A stretch of DNA of 64,000 bases from Eledone cirrhosa (GCA_964016885.1 OZ024745.1:82026001-82090000), one strand, 5' to 3'. Shown: positions 50,051-64,000, numbered from the stretch's first letter. A program made the numbers and translations. The notes: generated by a model not told the origin, from the sequence alone.

Positions 50051-52748
50051 TAAATATGGTTTTATAAATATAGTTTCCATTTGTTAATATATTGTATATT
50101 TACTCCACCTCCGTTGAGGGCTTTATATCAGTTATAAAAATGTTTAAGCTTGTTGAATCCCAACAAATTAAATATAACCTCTGCATATATATATATATAT
50201 ACATATATGTATGTGTTGATATGTGTGTGTATGTATGTAGTATATATGGATTGTAAATATATTTACATATAGGTAAGTGAATATGTGAGCTAGGATGTCC
50301 CCTTCCCCACACCTCCTCTCCCAAACCAATATCAACAACACATCTTTGACATATGTTCCCAAACTATCCTTCTTTTATCTTTTTCCTGTCATCCCATTCT
50401 TATCAAAAGACATGTATTTTACACCTCATTAAAACCCAGACAACCACCTAAATTCATCTTTGATATAGAAATTTGTAGAAGATATTCTTTATAAATTTAA
50501 GAGAGTTGATTCAGCTATGCCATTATATACTCATCAAGGGTCAGCTAATGAAATAAAACCAGCAGGAAGGGATGTTTACAACCACCTTCTCAAACACCCT
50601 TATCTTGCAACCTCACCATTTTTTGAGTGTATATATGTGTATGTGTGTGTGTGTGTGTGTATGTATGTGTGTGTACGTCTGTGTGTGTGTATGTATGCTT
50701 TAATTCCTCCAAATCTTCATCATCATCAACACTCATTAACACCACACCCCACACCCAGACACAGTCAAATATCTCTTATATATAGTCACACATCTCAACA
50801 CAATCTGATCTCAGTTTGACAATCGCCACGGACGAATGCGAGAAAGTTCTCCAACAAAGTTAACCAGGAATCTTTAAAATTCTTCCCACCGAAGTTAACA
50901 AAGAACTTACTAGATCTACCAACTCATAATATTATAATATTATAAAATGAAATCAAATTATTTAACACTACAAATGAAGTCATTCTTTTCCCTTTTTACA
51001 AAGCCAAATATGAAGCTATCGATGACCAAATTGAAGTTGAAATTTCAAAGCTAACGACTGGTATTATAGCTTAAAAACTACGAGAACTATGGATCAGAGA
51101 TATCTCAAAAGAAGAAAACAAATCAAGAAATGTATGGCAGCAGAAACAATTATTTTTCGACGAATTTGCTGCAAATTACGGTAAAGACTCTGGAACCCCG
51201 AGAAAAAGCATTAAAAGTGGACAATCTCACCAACACAACATACGCCAGAACACGTGCCAAAACAAACACACACCTTACCTTCAATCAAAGAAGAACTACG
51301 GTAATAACTCTTCGCTTTTTCTACAAAAACACCCTAACGCACACAACATGAACAAAAAGCACAAACACGATAGATATTCCTTTGGCCAGACCATGAGAAG
51401 TAGAAAAACCAGGAGATCATTCTCAAGATCTCAACAGAGACTACCAACAAGGAATGTGGAAAAAACGTAGAATAACCAGATCACTCTCAAGATCTCAACA
51501 GAGATTACCCACAAAAAACTGGGCGAAAAAACGATCTAAACCTGAACGCAAACCTAGGTCATTTCCCCAGATTGTTAAAAATAATGCTAACAAGAAATGG
51601 TAAAATAATATACATAATACCAAAAATAGGACAAAATACATAACGAAACCAAAAGTTCATCAAGCAAACACCAACAAGAATATAAATCCTGAACAGAGAA
51701 AAATCCATTTTTTAACGTCAGGACAACAAAAACCGGAAAAAGAAAAATTCCAGGAGGAAACATACCCAAAACACGTAGATCCTAAAATAATTAATGTATC
51801 CAAAAGAGATCTTGACAATGATGAAATGCAAATTCTGTCAAAAGGACTGAAATTCACACCGACTCCAACAGTCAACCACCAAGAACTGAAGGAGGATATC
51901 CAAGAATTCTGTCGAAAATTACGTCTTGTAGAATTCTTCGCTGATAAAGGTAATGAGAGTGATGAACCACTATTAAAGAATAAATCAAATTTCACTCCGC
52001 CAAAAGGAAGAAATATCTATCTCGACCAATACATTGACATCCTGTCTAAATTTCCTCTTAGACGTAATACTAATGTCAGGCCACAAATCAGAAATGTCTG
52101 CACTTAAACGTATACAAAATGATAAAACAATAATAATTAAACAAGCAGATTTGGTTGAGGAACAACTAACTGAAAGACACAATATTCTATCATGAAATAC
52201 CGTCAAATATAGACCACAACATCATGAAGAAGATCAACAACCTGGCTTCAAAATACCACAACTCACCAAAACCCAGCAACCTGTATGGCCTACCGAAAGT
52301 TCATAAGTCAAGAGAAATACAACTGGTAGTAAAAGAACAAAACAGTGAGTACATTAAATTACTACACCCAAAAGACTTAAAACTTAGACCTATTATAGCT
52401 GGTCCAACATGCCCCACCCACTGTCTAAGCAATTTTGTTGACATTATTTTGAAACCACTATGTATTCACATACCCAGTTTCATCCGGATGATATCGACTT
52501 TCTGTCCCATCTTCTCCAAACCACGGAAACGAATTCACTTCTACTTAGTTTTGATGTGGTAAGCCTTTACACCAACATTACACATGATGTAGGAATAAAG
52601 GCGGTTAAATACTGGGTGGAAAAACATAGAGAAATGATTCCCATCTAGATACTCTGGATGAGTTCAATATCCTCCCGAATAACCTACACCCATCTCTCCA
52701 ATTCACAAAAGAGATGAGTAGTACCAAATTACCATTCCTAGATATAAT

Positions 52749-52925
52749 TGTTTCTACTTTTTGGCACAAGGCCAGCAATTACACAGTGCATTACTGGTAC
52801 TTTATTTTATCGACCCCGTAAGGATGAAAGGCAAAGTCAACCTCAGCGGGATTTGAACTCAGATCGTTAAGGGACGTAACTATGTTGGAAAGCATGGCAT
52901 CCGACCCTCTACCGATACTGCATAT
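52749..52925 (-). mobile_element. tRNA-derived SINE inserted in the Penelope RT, 17-bp TSD
   Basis: TSD CCATTCCTAGATATAAT at 52732-52748 and 52926-52942. Confidence 0.92.
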
Positions 52926-53023
52926 CCATTCCTAGATATAATGATAATCAAAAACGACACCACCATTACCACGGATATATATTATAAATACACAGACACC
53001 CATCAATATCTGAATTTTAAGTC

Positions 53024-53827
53024 GTGTCATCCACCTCATACAAAACGCAACATCCCATACTGCCTAGCCAGAAGAATTTGTACCATTGTAGAAGATACGA
53101 ATACCAGGAACAAACAGAACTAAGAGAATTTTTGCTCAAACAAAAATACCCATCTCTACTTATAGAAAATGGCATACAGCGGGCTATAAAAATACCTATA
53201 CAACAACTAAGGACAGCCCAAGGAAGAAGAAACCAAGAACTGGTCATACCATTTATAATGACACACAACCCATGTCACCAGAATATCTTCAACACTGCCA
53301 AAGCAAACCTACCGATCATTGCTCAAAGTAATGAATTAAAAGGCTTAATCACAGATCGATCTTTGACTCTTAGTAAAAGACAGCCGAAAAATTTGAAGCA
53401 ATTACTAACAAAAGCAAAGTTTGATCTTAACAACAAAGACCAATCATTCACTGTATCTAAATGCAATGATAGTCGATATGGCACATGTCAATCCATACAC
53501 GCCGGTCAATATATGAAAACAAAAACTGGAAAAAATATGAACTGCAAAAGCAGAAATCTAATTTACTGCATTAAATGCCCGAATTGTGAAGAACTATATG
53601 TCGGTCAAACTGGAAATGCACTATCGGAACGTGCACGGGTACACCGACAGAAAATCAGAGACCCAAATGTCCGTCAGATACACCTGAGTAACCATCTAGC
53701 AACATGTGGTCAGAGAATATTTATAATATTTCCATTCTACAAATTACACAGCCCAAGTGAAATCAAGAGAAAAATCAAAGAAAAGAATTTTATTGATAAA
53801 TTCCAACCCAAGCTAAATGAACAATAA
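53024..53827 (+). pseudogene. Penelope linker plus GIY-YIG endonuclease fragment
   Basis: ORF track 53024-53827 with IY/YVG motifs. Confidence 0.85.
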
Positions 53828-54008
53828 TAATGGGGTATTAATCCTACTATGACTATGTCTACGACCACTAACAACAACAACAATAATAATAATAAAAGTG
53901 ATGTTGATGGTGATGATTACTAGAAAATGCTATTTTCATCATTTCTAAAAATAGTAAAACAATTGATGCTTTGGATAGGGTCAATTAGTAGTCGTTAGAT
54001 ATGCTCAA

Positions 54009-54150
54009 CCAATCGTGACGCCCAAACCAATCAGCTTTAGTAATCCAGTGAAACTACACACCGATTGGGCGAAATACAGTTTGCAAGATTTAGCATTCTG
54101 TAGCCACTTTTCACTGTATATAAGGCACAAAATTTACCCATCTGATTACA
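54009..54150 (+). promoter_or_regulatory. Putative Pol II promoter in the Penelope pLTR
   Basis: CCAAT at 54009 and 54027, ATTGG at 54064, TATATAAG at 54117-54124, directly upstream of a hammerhead. Confidence 0.5.
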
Positions 54151-54186
54151 GTTGAAAATTGCAAACTTGACTGTCACCACATAATA

Positions 54187-54225
54187 TGAACCTGAAGATT
54201 GCGAAAGCATGAAAGTACTTGTTCA
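54187..54225 (+). ncRNA. Minimal type I hammerhead ribozyme in the Penelope pLTR
   Basis: TGAAC-CTGAAGA-tTGC gaaa GCAt-GAAA-GTAC-TT-GTTCA. Palindromic AGTACT stem III. Confidence 0.8.
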
Positions 54226-55284
54226 ATTAACACTTAACATTTAATATTCTATCATACTATTTCATTCTAATACCATTATAAATTTTAAAGGATTGTAAAT
54301 AAAACGAGTAAATGAGACAAAGTTTGAATTCCTTTTATTAATATATATATATATCAGTTGCCGTTGAGAATGCCAGACAGCTGTTTCAAGATTTGTTAAC
54401 CTTTAATCAGTGACAATCATTTAATCGGTAATGTGATGAAAATAGATAAGAACCTCTATAGATTTTACGTATTTAACATATGCAGGCCGTTTGCCTATGC
54501 TGTTCTTGTAGATGTTATTTAGGCTTGGGCCAACTCTGACAGAGCCTAAATATAAGTAAATTTGCTCTAGATATGACAATCTCATCTCCTTTTCAAGCAT
54601 GGTGCATCTAGGCATGTATTATCCCATGTGGATTAAAAACAAAACAAAACAAAGAGTAAACGCCATGGTGTGATTTTATAGAGTTTGGCTGCTACATCTC
54701 AGTGCGATTGATCACGTTGGTTCGTAATTCAGGTAAGGTGTGTAAATCATACACTTTAATTTTCAACATTAATGCCCAAATGAAGAGCTACATGTGAAAA
54801 TTAATTATACCTTTGATTGATGGAATAAACAACTCTGATAATGAAGGAGGGTAGTAAATAAATTAACAATCAATAGCATGTTAAGATTAGCAATTTTTGC
54901 AGAAACACGAAAGAAAACACTTCCATTTAAAGTAAGACAACTAACTGAACATTAAAAAAACCCACAAGAAGCCAAGATATAAAATACCATTTAATTATTA
55001 GAGATTGTATGTAGTGAATGGGATAGATGTGCTAAACTAAGATTAATTTCAGGAAAGAATAGTATGATACCACACGAACAGATAACTAAAAGTTCTTGAA
55101 ATAATTCTAAACAAATACTTCAAACTATATCATTATGTATGTTGAGTTAGAAAACCAGTTTTTAGATTTGTATTGATGATGCAAAAGATCTCATAGAGAA
55201 AATTTCCTCATTTCTTTCCATCTTGATGTAATTACATAAGAGGGTGTGACAAAATTCCTTCCAGTATTTAGTAACTCCTCCCTT

Positions 55285-55375
55285 TACGATTTGAATTCAA
55301 ATCTCACCGTGATCAAATTTGCCCTTCATCTTTCCGGAGTCGACGAAATAAAGTACCATTGAAGTACTGGGATCA
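55285..55375 (+). mobile_element. SINE fragment
   Basis: GAATTCAAATC...GCCCTTCATC..GGAGTCGA..AAAGTACC. Confidence 0.6.
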
Positions 55376-57435
55376 AGATATACTGTCTAGCTGAGATATA
55401 ATGTCCAGCTGAGTTACACTGATATATACTGCCCAGCCAAGATTCTAGAGTTTGACCACCACCCTTCCTCTTTTAATTAATTTCTTTTGATTTAGTTAAT
55501 TCTCCCTTCCCACTTTTCTCATCTTTCTTATTTCCTGTTTATTATGTAAATATTTCTAATTAAATTATTGCATATTTCTGTTCTTTAATAAATTTCTCTA
55601 TATCCCTTTCTTCATACGAACATTATTCTATATGAAATCTTTATCTATTATTTTTTCGTTATTTACAATTGCTTACTTTCAAAGGTATATGTACAGCTAT
55701 AACAATTTATATTTAAAATATTAGTTTCAACCCCAAACTGTTTGATACACAACTCTCAGAAGAAGAAGAAGAAGAAGAAGAAGAAGACGACGACGACGAC
55801 AATATTTTGTTCATTTCCCCATTTCTGTTTTATTTTCGCCAGCCGTTACTATATACTATATAAAGAATGTGATATTTTATAATTTCACTCCACTTTCCTG
55901 CCAAATGCTATGAATATATTCATATAATAAACTATTATATTTATTTCCTTTTCTGCACCAATGAATTTAATATGTAAGTAATAGAGATTTTATCTGTGAT
56001 TTAAGCAAATTAAACTTCATTACACTAGATATAATTTACTTTTAATAATCATTATTTTCCCCTGTTTTTTTTATAAGCATCGTAATTTAAGTGGTTTTGT
56101 ATTGAAACGAATTATCCGTTTATTTTATGGAATTCAAATATTGATGATTTTCTAGATTTATGCGTAAAAGCATTTATTTATGTTACATTAATAAAGCTTC
56201 TTTAGAACTATTTTATGACACATAGCTAAAGCCGAGAGTTGTGTATGATATATATTTAAAATAAACGATCTATTTCAATCCTGATTCATACCAAAAATAA
56301 CTTTTCCCTACGAATTCCAGTTGTAATTAACTTTTCTTCTACTCAAACTACGACCACAATTGACATTTAGAACCCAGCCGCCTTATTGCTTGATTCACTG
56401 ATTAACTAACGTCGTATTCATACTGCATATTTCTATCATGTTGAATCATGTTGACATTAAATGTCAAAGTGTGTTGATATGATGCTAATAGGTACACATA
56501 TCAGGTAAAGTGAAATGTATTGGCATATTCTTTTGTCGCGTGTGTTAATATGATATTTATGAAATGGTAGAAATCATTATTTCAATATTGGAAATCAATG
56601 ATATTTATGAAAGTCAATTGCTGAGCGTTTTATATTGTGATCATATGATGCTTTCAGGAACGAACAAAGGAGCGTCTATATAGTTGCTCGATCTCCTAGA
56701 AATAGTAGCAGAAATTTCGTCAGACCACACAAACATTTTCTGAATATGAAATGAGATGACAATAACAGATGTTTGATCATTAGTCTGCTTGATCCGAAAT
56801 CACCTGAATACAAAAAGAGCACACCCTACTTATGGCCAATACACATCAAGTTATCTCATTCAAAGACTAATCTTTAATATCTTTTCATGGTAACTCCATG
56901 ATATTTCGTTACGGATTTCTCTATACTCAAATCGCCTTTTTTTTTCAGAGGTCAATAAACTAACGTACTAGTCAAGCATTAGCATCAATTTAACTGCCTG
57001 TACTTTCCTAACAATTTTGTAGCCTTACGACAGTGTTAGGACAATGTTAGTTTTTAGTGGGATTAGTATTAACTCTTAGATAGTTACTTCCATTATAATA
57101 TTGTCCGACGAAGCAGGTGTCGTTGGCTGTTCTCTGCGGCAATCCTTTCACCATTTTGTCCTTGAGGTGCAGTTCAGCATTGGAAGTAAAAATATCCCAT
57201 GAAAACAAAGTTCATATGTTTCGAAAATGTAGCATGAAGCTGATTAGTGACGGGAAGCGATGACTTTAGAGATGAATGAATAAGTCTCCCAAAAGCAGGT
57301 AATAAATATATGCCGAGGCATGAATGCTGAGAAAAAGCACAATAGGACAAAACTCTGAGCGTCAATCTCTTCAAAAGCAAATTCTTATTTGCACTCTTAT
57401 ATGCAAATATAAGAGGGTTACTACGAAGAAGGAAG

Positions 57436-57506
<71 letters not shown>

Positions 57507-58334
57507 GCCCGTCGGCGGGTTTGACAAAACACTGACATTGCTGTTAAAAAAATAAACTGGCTGATTCAAAACAGACAACTTAGAATCTCTATAAAATATA
57601 GAAAAATTGATTACAAGGTATCGAACTGCAAGCTGGAGTCTATATGATCGTCTAAAAATCCTTGCAGGCTTTAAGCATTGTTGCAGTCCAATAACTGATG
57701 GCAATAAAGAATAAAAGGTATTCTATGAAATTTCAACTCACTGCTAAATTGTTGAAAATTTCTGGGTGTTAACTGATTTTTCTTTCTAAATTTCTCGTAA
57801 AAATATATTATTCAGTTAGCGTAATTATATTCAAATCTTCATGTGAATTGAAAATAATTTCAGTCAAGCCGGATATAATTTTTAGCTGAAGTTGTTTGTT
57901 TCGAGTGATCATATTTTCATTGTTAGTTTATCGTGAATTAGATGTCGACTTTCCTTCTAATTGGCATGCATGGAAATCAAACGCAAGTGACAAGATGAAG
58001 TAGTTATGGTGGCAGATATATTTAGATGTGCTGTCAAGTATGACAAGTTAGGACATTCTGTGAGATTAAATCATTTATTTAGCATTGATGTGTATCGTAG
58101 TATGTCATAAAAACTCGGTTATCTGTCTTTCTCTTTCAAACAATAAACAGTCACACAAATTATCCACTCTCTCTAAAGTTTTCCAGCTTCTCTAAGACTG
58201 ATGTCAATATCACGACGTTTGTACTCTCTACTCTCTCTTTTCTATTCTTTTCCTGAAATCTTCAATTATTGCTATGAACCATACTCTAGTATTCAAAAAT
58301 AATGAGAACATGTATGATTAAGGTTTCATTATTG

Positions 58335-58530
58335 AGCATCGGTCAAATGTTTTGAGGTATTTCTTTTGGTTCTCTATGTTCTAAGTTCAAATCCCACCGA
58401 GGTCAACTTTACCTTTCATTCTTCTATAGTCAATAAAATAGAGTAACAGTCAAGTACTGTGGCTAATGTAATCGACTGTTTCTTCCATACAAAAATCCTA
58501 CCTGACCTTGTGTCTAAATTAGAAGCCATC
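58335..58530 (+). mobile_element. Degenerate SINE
   Basis: AAGTTCAAATCCCACCGAGGTCAACTTT..CTTTCAT...CCTTGTG. Confidence 0.65.
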
Positions 58531-58914
58531 ATTTATTAATTTTACTATATACTATGTTGTTATTTGGCACGGCATTGTGATTTTTAAACATTGTATTAAT
58601 AGTTAGGCGGAGAAGAAAGTAATACGGCAATGAAATGCATGACGGCCGAATCTGGTGAGATTGAGTTTTGTTTAGTCTGAAAATGTCGAATATTACAGGA
58701 AAAACATGGGTGTAGTGGATGTTCCAGAAAGTTGATGTTTTGGTGACGAAAGATTGGCACCTGTATGGGAGGACACAGTAGTTAGTCTGTCACTTGACCA
58801 TATCATTTTCCCTGTGAAGAGTTTTTATCATTATTTGTTTCGCTTTGGTTTTCGTACGAGTGCATCTTATCATAGAAGTAACTATTTCGTCTTTGCTTTG
58901 TATTTATAGTAGTC

Positions 58915-59045
58915 ATTAGAATATCGGATAGATTGTTTTTGCCGATCTCATTCCGGCCTTCTGTACTCTAAGTTCAAATCCCGCTGATGCCAACCTTGCT
59001 TTTCACCCTTTCGGAGTCGATAAAAAAATACCAGTCTAATATTGG
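58915..59045 (+). mobile_element. Degenerate SINE
   Basis: AAGTTCAAATCCCGC...TTCGGAGTCGATAAA..TACCAG. Confidence 0.6.
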
Positions 59046-59462
59046 AGGTCGTTTCTTCCTCTATATCTCCTTTTCACTCTTTCTCCTCCTTTTCTAATAG
59101 AAATGGGCTGTGTTCAGACCTGGAGAGGAGTGGAGGGGTACTGTGAGGTTAACAATGCCAAAGAACCACTGTATGATACTACGGCGTCCCTACGACTCAG
59201 GAGTTATGAGTTTATGCATACATACATTGGCCGAAGAAAGAATACGTTTTCGTATTCGTACTAGCTCTCTGAGCTCTGAATTCAAATCACAACATAATCA
59301 ATTTTGCCTTTCATACTTTCGAGGTCGATAAATAAAGTATTAGTCCAATGTATATCTTTTACACTCCACTCGTACTCTCTTGCTACCTCTATCGGCTGTG
59401 TTCAGCCCTTGAGAAGGACGGGCTTAGGTCAAGACATACCGTATATCACTATTATTAGCTCT

Positions 59463-59642
59463 GGATTGGCAGTATTGGAAGAGGGTCGGACGCCATGCTT
59501 TGACGTATAGAGTTACGGCCCTTGCCATTCTGAGTTCAAATCCCGCCGAGGTTAACTTTGCCTTTCATCCTTACGGGGTCGATAAAATAAAGTACCAGTA
59601 ATGCACTGGGTAATTGCTGGCCTTGTGCCTAACGTAGAAACA
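59463..59642 (+). mobile_element. tRNA-derived SINE, 12-bp TSD
   Basis: A and B boxes. TSD ATTATTAGCTCT at 59451-59462 and 59643-59654. Confidence 0.9.
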
Positions 59643-59799
59643 ATTATTAGCTCTATCAGAAGCAATCGTCTCCAATTGATCCGGTTAGATCCCCAAGCGA
59701 AACCAACTGAGTTCATGGCTGCTATCCAACCATTTTGATCGTGGTCTATATCTGTGTCTACTTTCGGTAAAATCTTTGTCGGTAAAATCTTTCAAACGA

Positions 59800-59945
59800 T
59801 TCATTTATTAGACAATCTGACAGCATGACCATAGTATCGGAGTTCTGATTCTTCACTTCGGAGAAGTAACGACTCTAACTGGAGCGACTCTCTGATCTCC
59901 GAGCACCAAGCTCTATCAGCACTAAATTGTTTAGAATATAAATTA
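59800..59945 (-). mobile_element. RTE LINE C-terminal fragment
   Basis: SEIRESLQLESLLL..E.SELRYYGHAVR, same family as 12900-13000. Confidence 0.6.
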
Positions 59946-60279
59946 CTCGGAGACACTACTACATTAGTGAATTTCAATCCTATCAGCCACAAGATTAAAA
60001 GACAGAAGAATGGCAAATGGAAAGAAGAAATGAATGACAAAATATATATATATATATATATACGAGTATACCCGTGAATGAAAGAAAAGTTGAATAAAGA
60101 AACGAATCTATATTTATTGCTAAGTAGACGTGGATGTAGAATTAAGAGAAATTTGAAACTTGATTCATGGCTCTTTGTTGCTGAGATGCGATCTGTAGCA
60201 ACAGTAGAAGTTAGATAAATCCCTTGTGACTGAGGTTGTATATCGCTGCTATAAATTATAAGACGTATCAGTTGATTGG

Positions 60280-60690
60280 TAAACGATAAGGTAATAACAA
60301 TAGAAATAACAATAATAATGACGACAGCAATAATGTCAATGATAACTACGATGACGAGGACAGCAAAGACGACGAAGATGACAACAATAGTAGCAGCAGA
60401 TGTAAAATCAATAATAATGACAGTGATAATAATAATAATAGTAATATCTACAAATAGCGATGACTGTAACAATAACAACAGCAATATTTACAAAAACAAC
60501 GATGAAATCTACTGTAGCAGTAACGACGGTAACAAGAATAACAAGAAATAACACCAATAACACCAACAACAACAGCAGCAGTAACAGTAACAACAACAAC
60601 GAAAAATATCCACTGACAATAACAGTAAATAACATTAATTGCAACAACAACGACGGCAATTATAGTAACAACAGTTACAACGATAAAGCA
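60280..60690. repeat. Degenerate trinucleotide (AAC/AAT/GAC) tract
   Basis: Direct inspection. Confidence 0.9.
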
Positions 60691-60849
60691 ACTAACTTCT
60701 TTTTTAGCTACCGGTCATTGATCTTTGCTGCCTTCATTCTTCCAGTCTTTTCATGCCTATCACTTAGCTTTAACAGCTTTCACCATGGTGCTATTCAAGC
60801 ATTTGTACTATATAGAGACATAAATTAAACCTTAAAATCGTTAGGTTTA

Positions 60850-61243
60850 TTGAACAAAAGTTATTCAATGATGAAAATATTAAAAACAGGTTAAAAACAA
60901 AATTAAGAAATGAAAAAAAGTGGCTGTATAGAAAAGTAAAGTAAAGGATTATAAATGCCATAAATAAATGCCATAAATGAGAGGAACAGTGGGGGAAGTG
61001 CAACGACTATTAGGCAATGGAAGAAATATAGGGGAAAATGGGGGAGAGTGGCACACTTTACACTGAGGTCAAAGCGATGTTTCGGTTGCGCCCTGCGGAC
61101 AAAATTGTAAAGACATTTCTGCGGACAATGGTCAGCGACACCCGCTGCAACAGCCACCAAACGCCGCGGGGCTCCTTCGTCAAACGGGCTGCAGTCGATG
61201 CGATTTTGTGGAGGAGCTCGGCTGTCGGGATCCGAGGACGCAT
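60850..61243 (-). mobile_element. CRE-like LINE 3' end fragment
   Basis: EPRGVWWLLQRVSLTIVRRNVFTIL, homologous to 24064-24261. Confidence 0.75.
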
Positions 61244-61464
61244 AAATAAATGATATATTGCGAGATATTTAACTTTGCTGTATCTTTCTTACAAATATAA
61301 TTATATCGTTTTTATTATGTTTATTATATTCAGCAAACGAGAAATACAATAAATTACTATGTTAGAAACACGCAACACTTCAATTTGAGTAATTGAGTTC
61401 AAATATTGATTAACCAGATGAGAAAACAAATATTGCAACTGTCTGGGCCCAGGATTGAAAACAT

Positions 61465-61677
61465 GTTTTCTGGTTTAGGCACAAGGCCAACAATTTTCGT
61501 GGAGGGGAAAGTCGATTAAATCGATCCCAATGCATTACTGGTACTTTATTTTATAGACCCTATAAGGATGAAAGGCAAAGTTAACCTTGGTGGGATTTGA
61601 AATCAGAACGTAAAGGGCCGTAATTCTGTACTACGAAGTATGGTGTCCGACGCTCTACAGATACTACCAGTCCACCG
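61465..61677 (-). mobile_element. tRNA-derived SINE
   Basis: Matches 28663-28850 and 14160-14355. Confidence 0.85.
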
Positions 61678-62934
61678 AAAAACAAGCAACAAATTAATGA
61701 TAATTATACTATATTTTATAATAGAATTATAATTATCTTGGACTATTTCCTTCCACTTTTAAAACAGCAGGATGTGATTTGATTGAGGTCTTGGGGTTAT
61801 TTTTAGAAAGTCGAGGTAATGGATGTGTTCCATAGTATTTATACAAGTTATGGTTATTAGCTTAAATTCTTTTTGTTTGAATTTTTCACTACCATGCACA
61901 ACAATATTAAATTTGAATCTAAATTAAATCTAAATTTCAATTATTCACGTTTTCAAACATAACAAGTGTAATTGCTGAGTATTTGTCACCAGGTTTCGAT
62001 ACATGATAGTAGGAGGTTGTCACATTCATTGTATTCTCAATTTCAGCATCAGTTAATAACTTGAATCGTAAACGAATATTTATTTTAATTAACGAAATGT
62101 AGTGTCTGAATATGGTCTTTCATTTACGATAGTTGCATAATATATGTGAAACCACATCAATACGGGAACTCTATAGTTAAGCAGATTTAATAATATAGAA
62201 CGACACAATCCAGCAGTTATTTTATAAACAAATCTCTTTTCATTCAGTTTTTATGGTGTCAGTAACCGCTGCAGCATCTTCTGAAATAATATTAAATTAG
62301 TTTTACTAAATATTGCTTTTCATGTTTTAGTATTCTTCTTCTAACTTTCAGCTACATAATACAAATTCCGACTGAAACACATTGGGTGCAGATGAGTTCA
62401 ATAATCTATTGAACAGCTTTATCAAATATGAAGACAATTCTGCTTAGTGAAGCCAAGTGTTTCTCCCTCTCTATCTCTCCTTCCCTCTATCTCTCTTTAT
62501 CTCTCTCTATCTCTCTCTCTCTATCTCTCTCATGTAATATTTACAGTAATCCTGCAATGATTTTCTATTCTGAAGGACCCGTTGGCGGTTAAATGGACAG
62601 GCTTCTTGATAATAAACGATTATGTTCCTCATATGAATATATTTATAGTGAGCGAGTTTAAAGCCCTAATTCAATATTGTATTGAGTTCAGTCTATTTTT
62701 ATTTGATTCTCGCCAATGGAATTACTATAAAAATTACTGATATTAATTTAAGCGGCTGCCTTCCTTATTCGTAAAAAATATGGTTGTCTTGTCACAAAAG
62801 AATTAAAGTCATTTTTTTCTCTCATGATTTCTTTCTAACGTTGTATGGATGGTCCAGTAATTCTTAAGGAAGTCGTGGGGCACCGTAGTGACGGCGTTTC
62901 TAGTTCTTTTTTAAAACCTGGTAAATTTCGCAGT

Positions 62935-63105
62935 ACGGGGGCAACCGATGCGAAGAGGAAGCGGCCAGACAATCCTCGGTATTTGTTTGTCTTCCATTGC
63001 GGGCCGCAGTACCGGGGTTTGTGGCTGAAGCGACTATGTTGGAGGCGGAAAACACGTAACAACATGTGGCGTCCCAGATGAGGGATCTACCTCCGAATGG
63101 AGACA
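62935..63105 (-). mobile_element. CRE-like LINE endonuclease fragment
   Basis: GRSLIWDATC..F.AS....SATNPGTAA..KYRGL..RFLF, homologous to 24270-24430. Confidence 0.7.
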
Positions 63106-64000
63106 TGTTGGCTCCAGTTGTGATGGAGAACCACTTGCGCATAACGTGTAAGTATGAACTCTTTATTTTCATTTTAACATTGTTCACACTACTTCAGTTC
63201 CACAGGCACATAATATCAATTTTCCCTGGTTATGGAGCGTAAACATCTAAATGTGAAACTTTCCTATAGTTATAAGCATCATCACATTTTTCTTGAAACT
63301 GAAAACCAAAAATTATGATGTTTTGTAATATGAAGATTTGAAATACCGATTCACCACACAAGTACAAAGTGGCAACTGTATAGAGGGATGGTATTATGTG
63401 AGGTCCATGCTTTCCCGAAACGTATTAATGATGTATTTGATTAGACACAAGGTCCTAAAATCTTAACGAAAAGCATCGTTTTTTGCCACTCTGAAGGTTA
63501 CAACTAGCTCAAATGTGTTCACTAAAATTTATTTGCAGTATTTCATTACTTTCTCCAGAAAAAAACTTTAAATGAGCTAAATTATATCATTGTAGCGTTC
63601 ATGCATCATATAACTGAAATGAAAAGATTCAAACGTAAACTTTCTTCTAGATCTACAGTACCCGATCGGAATATACAAGAAAAAGGGCATTCTAGGTGTC
63701 GACGAAGTGAACTTTCATAAGCTGTGAATCGCCGCCGAGGAGCAATCTTAACTCCTATTCAGTTTGCGTTTTACTCTATACTACTTGCTATCGTATTTTT
63801 GTAAAAATATATACGTTGTGAATAGGTAATAAAATGATATAATTTGAAGCAATAAGTTATTAGAATTTTCATGACTTTCTAAAGTGTAAGCTGAAATGAT
63901 TTCATCGGTGTGTCATCTTTATAGTGTTCGCCAGAATATTTTGTAACATTAGCATGATATTAAGACTGTTTATTCGTATCAAAATGTTTAGCTAGAGTGC

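Larger units (their letters stand above)
47313..51002. repeat. Long inverted repeat: ~47313-48035 versus ~50215-51002
   Basis: The arms are reverse complements with scattered substitutions and a ~45-bp indel. The same pseudo-ORF appears on opposite strands (47509-47730 and 50517-50819). Confidence 0.9.
51003..54335 (+). mobile_element. Degenerate Penelope-like element (RT plus GIY-YIG plus 3' pLTR)
   Basis: LSKGLKFTPTP, LYGLPKVHK, LRPII, SFDVVSLYTNI, TDIYYK.TDTHQYL, LIYCIKC...YVGQT, terminal PKLN at 53827. Internal deletions and a SINE insertion. Confidence 0.92.

Noticed and set aside
57090-57700. Possible host exons on the minus strand
   Set aside because: Stops or no recognisable protein in the candidate frames, and no consistent exon chain.
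59801-60828. Hydrophobic and Asn/Thr-rich ORFs
   Set aside because: Derived from degenerate trinucleotide repeats and an RTE fragment.

Overview
AT-rich eukaryotic intergenic DNA made almost entirely of transposable elements and microsatellites. The repeat inventory looks like a cephalopod/mollusc genome (inference), and no host gene is supported. Main contents: five copies of L1/Tx1-clade LINEs (one near-intact at 41462-47200, three of them embedded in (TATC)n tracts), three Penelope-like GIY-YIG remnants, a Rep-deleted Helitron, RTE, CRE-type and Ingi/Vingi-like LINE fragments, and many copies of a tRNA-derived SINE. Strongest hidden signal: six well-formed and several degenerate minimal type I hammerhead ribozyme motifs. 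They lie in Penelope terminal repeats and in non-coding retrozyme-like units inserted in (TA)n tracts. One is a 591-bp tandem unit whose hammerhead has a compensated U3-A8 core, and one is a divergent palindromic array with the same geometry as the inverted-pLTR Penelope copy. All calls were made by eye, with no database search or folding program.
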